Of a stretch of 64,000 bases of DNA, positions 59,901 through 64,000 are shown piece after piece. Each line of letters opens with the position of its first letter. Within the stretch, counting starts at the first letter, position 1. Both the position numbers and the translations under genes were made by a program. Below the pieces are notes generated by a model, which was not told the origin of the DNA, ran no database searches, and saw only the letters and a program-made list of their open reading frames with translations. The stretch is from Raillietiella orientalis. Taxonomy: Eukaryota. The stretch covers positions 62,001 through 126,000 of the forward strand of contig JAYWIR010000094.1 of the NCBI GenBank assembly GCA_036172245.1. The letters are read 5' to 3'.

Positions 59901-61629
59901 TTCTTGCAAATCCGAAACATGAAATCTGATACATAAAATTTCGCGGCTTTCCATCACACAGCGAATCTTTTAGAATTTCAGAGAAATCGATTGCCCCAAT
60001 AAATCCAGTAAACTTATTCAACGATCAATTGAGTTCAAAAGCGGATCGCATTCATACACAAGTGTCACAACGAAATACATTTTCAATTCCACTATAATAC
60101 TTTTTAGTGTGTGATAAGCTCTTTTTTGAGGGAGCCGTTTGATGATTGATCATTGCGTGCGCAACGCTTATGCTTTAGAAACATCGACTTCTGTAAGAGA
60201 CTTCTTTAGGCGAAACCCTTATCTCTGCTTAGGTGGCACCTAACTTTTCCAGTGACTTACTAAGATTCGATCACTTTACTGTAGGCATCCCTTGGGTAAA
60301 CACTATCGTAGTCGCGTTTGGAAAGCAGTGATATCTTTATGAAAAGAAAGGGTTGGATTTCATACTATTCCAGCAACACTTGAATTTTCATATCGCCTTT
60401 GTGTTGCGAATTCAGAAATTGGTAATTGCACTGGAAAAATTGAATTCTTTCTTTTGTAAACGAGTATTTCAAAGGTTCCGATTTTTACTGTATCTTACTG
60501 GCAAAAGTATGAGTCATCGTTAAATTGTCATCTTCCACAGCGATTAATGACTGCTTCATTCATCCGCACAGCACAAGCAGGAAGTAAATAAGAATCCTAG
60601 CAGTATATATATTTTCACTTTAATTCTTCACTACTAGCGAATACGCAGGAGAGGCTACTTCCGCTACAGGTGGTGAGAGTTTTCTTGGATCTCACTAGTT
60701 TTCAGAAATTCCAAAAGGCATACGGAATATTTTCCAAACGTGCAATTCACATTAAATGGGGTTTCTAGCAAGGCGGCCAATGTACTTTCTCCCTCACTGA
60801 AAGATTGTATTTGAGAAAAAGATTTCCTTGCGATTGAAAATTGGTTGCGCACTACTAATGTTGATCACATTTCTAAAGACTCGTTGGATCCTTCTTGTGA
60901 GAAGATTGCCCAAGCCTTCTCATAGGTGTGCGCATTTTGGACGCGAAGTACTAGGGTTTTGCCCAGAAAACTGACAATTTCGAGAGACTAAGTTCGGTAC
61001 CGCTGGTAATTTAAAAAATCTCAAAAAGTTCGATTAATTCCCAGTTTTGATGTTAGATGATGCAACTACGACCTCACGTTGCAACCGAGAGCATTGCTTT
61101 CATGCCTAATCAATTTGCTGCAGATGGTTGTAACCCTGCTGGCGACTATGTCGTCATGCAGAGCGCAGCAGGGGGAAAAGCGCAAGTGCAGAGGATAAGG
61201 GCATGTCCAAATCATAAGGGAACACGGATGCGTTATTCATGCGAAAGGGAAGCTGGTGCTTGGTAGCTTAATTAGGAAGGTGTCTTACTCGATATTCGGT
61301 GAAACTGAGCACTGACAAGGTCCTTTTACGAAGTTAGCAAAGACTGATACATTCACCGCAAGGTCGAAAAAAGTCTAAGAAAAACGATTTAATCTTACTG
61401 CATGTGCACTTCCTCCTTACCGTCACCACCACTGAACAAGTTTCCTTCCGAGGTGTAAAAAGCTGATTCGCAGTCCATGCTACCGAGCACGGTTCCCATG
61501 GTTCCTCAGGAGGTGGCGTCACAAGAATAGAAGAGCACTTTCCTTTGGAATTCTCAAACTTGATGTCGCCATAAGTCTGTCGGAACTGCAAGAAATTGCG
61601 CTCGACGCTGTTTATTTCGAGGCTTACAA

Positions 61630-61695
61630 CTGGCAGTCAGGAGCGGCTTGTCAGCTCGACGACCAGGGCCTGAAGTGCTCGGGCGCGGCCGACGT
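61630..61695 (+). mobile_element. Segment AA: short ORF2 fragment
   Basis: WQSGAACQLDDQGLKCSGAADV. Confidence 0.7.
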
Positions 61696-63627
61696 TTGTT
61701 ACCCGGATATGCCGGAGAATTTATCAATATAATCCTTACAGAATTAGTCAATAAAGTCTTTGAAAAGTTTGTTGTAGGGAAACACTTGCTTTTCCTACCT
61801 TGGTTGACGTGTCGGTTGCCGGTGCATAGACCGGTTAGGTTGATTCCCGAGGCGCATAGGAAGGGAAAACTAGAACAAAAAGAAACAAAAAGAAAAATAA
61901 CGGGGGCATAAACAGTTATATGGGAGAGTGGGGGGGGGCAGGGTAGGGATCACTGGGCGCCTGGGTGGGTCCTCTGCATCCTGTTTAGGATGCAGTCAAG
62001 TTCCGCTTTCATCGTTGGAGGTAGACGCCACCTTGTCGCCGTCTCTAAAGAGATCGTCGTCCAGTGGATGGCGTCCCTGCATCTTGGGCCTCTTCTTCTA
62101 ACGTGCCACCTTTGCACAATGTCGCGCACGCTGCAATGGACTGCTAGAGACGCAGCAAAGCGCAGGCCGTCACGCAGAAAGAGGCGAAGGAAAATTTCCT
62201 TAGGGTCGCCTACTGGAAGATGGAGGATTGCGGCGATTCGACTCCAGAGTCCAACCAGGGCGACACACTCGAGGATGAGATGAGGGATGGTTTCCCTTTT
62301 ATTGCACTCGACACAGCGTGCATCCACATTTCCCAGTGTCCAGTGAGATAGGCGTGCTCTGCTTAACAGTACCCAGTGCAGAAATAGCAACGCTGTCTCC
62401 TACCACTTTAATGGAAGGGTGACGCTTTCCCAACACGCTGCGGGCCACTTCACCTCCTCCGGAGGTATAGCGAGCAGCTCTTTCCAGCGCGAAACCCCTT
62501 GAGACGGGACGCTCGGGGTGACAGCGTCTGCTGGTTCCCGAGTCGTCCACGTTCTTAAAGGTTTTCTCCTGCCTCGGATGAGGCAGCACACTTCTTACGA
62601 TGCCCGCTCTTTGCTGCTCCTAATGTTTTTCAGGGAGGACAGAACGGGGGCAAGAGGGGTGAAAGAATTCCACAGAAAATTCCGGGGCGTGTTGATAATC
62701 TCCTTCAGCGGCTGTCGAGCGTACGGTCCTTGACGTAACCAGTTGTATTCCGCCTGGCTCGTGCCGTTGATCTTAGCCCAAGCGGAGACTGACTCCTGAA
62801 GCCAGGTAGTGCAGTTCACGGGGAGGCAGGAGATCCAAATATTCTCCCTCTGCAAATCAGGGCGATTATCTGGCGCAGATCGAAGCCACAGTTGTTGCAG
62901 AGGCTGCGCTGGTAGGCCATGAGGATCGAGGACAATCCTTCGCAGCCGGTCATTCTTCTGGCGAGAAGCCGTGTCGGTTTGCACCATGGCGTCATCCATA
63001 AGCTAGCCGCAAGGGGTAACTTGCGAAGTGTAGTTTGCAGTTCGATGCGCTCCACCGTGAGGAGGCTCAATCCACCGTCGCTGCGTGGAGCGCACAAGTC
63101 TTTCAATCAGACTCGCGACCTCGCTGTGCCCCAAAAGGCAGTCCTGGAGAGGACTTTAGTCCGTGTCTGTATGATGGAAGGGGCGGGGCAAACAAAAAGT
63201 AACAGGCGAAGGAAGGGGGCCGCGAACGCGTTCCACACCGCGGCCCGGTCCTGCAAGTAAAACTTGCCGTTCCGGAACAGGCCGATCGCCATCTCCACCT
63301 TTTGGAGGGAGTCGGACCAGGCTTCTGCAGCGCAGAAGTCTTCCAACCGAACGCCAAGGTACTTGAAGCAACTGCCCGTGGGAATCCTTAAGCGGATCCA
63401 GTCCGGCCGGCCGTCCCAAGCCGTAGTCGAAGATGTCGGAAGAATCATGGATTTCACTCTGTTTACCTCGAAACCCGTCCCACGGTTCAGCAACTGAAAG
63501 AAATCTTCGAACGTCGATGCCGGGATGGACCCGGGAAGCAGAAGCAGAAGGTCGTCGGCATAGGCCCACACGGGAGGCGTACCTGGACACGAGCTCGGCA
63601 GGGTTGCCAGAGTCTCCCTGTATGCCC
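61696..63627 (-). mobile_element. Segment AB: R-like 3' half of ORF2 with 3' UTR and hairpin end
   Basis: Colinear with about 46232-48171; YADD near 63551-63562. Confidence 0.9.
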
Positions 63628-63649
63628 ATGTGGTCGTAGGCAATTACAA

Positions 63650-63885
63650 CGTTCGCTTTCATGAGAAACGGACGTGATTTCGTGTCGCTTCGTTTATCCG
63701 CTGTTTGGTTGTTTGTGCGTCCCACTGCACTTCTCTACGGATGAGCAGTGAACAGCGCAACGTGGAAGACCTCTAGCCTGTGGTTCAGAAACTTCCCGCA
63801 GCTGGAGCGATTGCGACAACCTGTGCGAGCGCCGCGCCACCGGTCAGGAGCTTCGCGGACATGGCCACATCTGAGGCCGTGCAAG
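63650..63885 (+). mobile_element. Segment AC: probable 5' UTR and ORF1 start
   Basis: GGACGTGATTT at 63670, T-rich leader, ASRTWPHL resembling the RTWSA motif. Confidence 0.55.
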
Positions 63886-63894
63886 GATGCCTCC

Positions 63895-63955
63895 CCAACC
63901 AGATGCCAATTTCGTTTCTGGCATGAGGAGCACCGAGGAAACACGTCCTGATAAG
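63895..63955 (-). mobile_element. Segment AD: H-type 5' end
   Basis: GCATGAGGAGCACCGAGGAAACACGTCC matches H GCACGAGGAGCACTGAGAAAACACGTCC. Confidence 0.7.
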
Positions 63956-64000
63956 CGTAAAGCATTCGAATGCGTTGATGAGGAAGTGCATGTTGAGATT
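63956..64000 (+). mobile_element. Segment AE: start of a degraded RT 3' half running off the window
   Basis: Encodes RKAFECVDEEVHVEI, homologous to KAFDCVDQELLLEL. Confidence 0.65.

Overview
Eukaryotic DNA (organism not identifiable). About 53 of the 64 kb is a dense, abutting cluster of about 30 segments of L1/Tx1-like non-LTR retrotransposons. ORF1 is gag-like with CCHC knuckles; ORF2 carries an APE endonuclease, RT and a C-terminal Cys/His motif. There are several related subfamilies plus one distant family (D). Two AT-richer intervals (about 1.5-10.4 kb and 59.9-61.6 kb) could not be assigned. The cluster is not a random pile. (1) Main-family 3' ends terminate in AATAAA followed by a CCCGG-N4-5-CCGGG hairpin and only a few A's. 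(2) 13 of the 15 visible 3' ends abut another element in the opposite orientation, and 10.4-40.9 kb reads as an alternating-orientation 'Russian doll' in which each host layer has lost about 0.9-2.3 kb from its ORF1/EN-to-RT region. (3) Junctions recur at the same positions: one 5'-end type joins the RT 'KAFDCV' codons three times, and each 3'-UTR subfamily reuses its own site in ORF2. This suggests a self-targeting retrotransposon system that inserts antisense into, and deletes part of, its relatives, possibly guided by flank-derived sequence. That mechanism is inference; duplication or recombination of composite units is the main alternative. Letter names are my labels, and most boundaries are by eye (about +/-10 nt; less precise for degraded copies).
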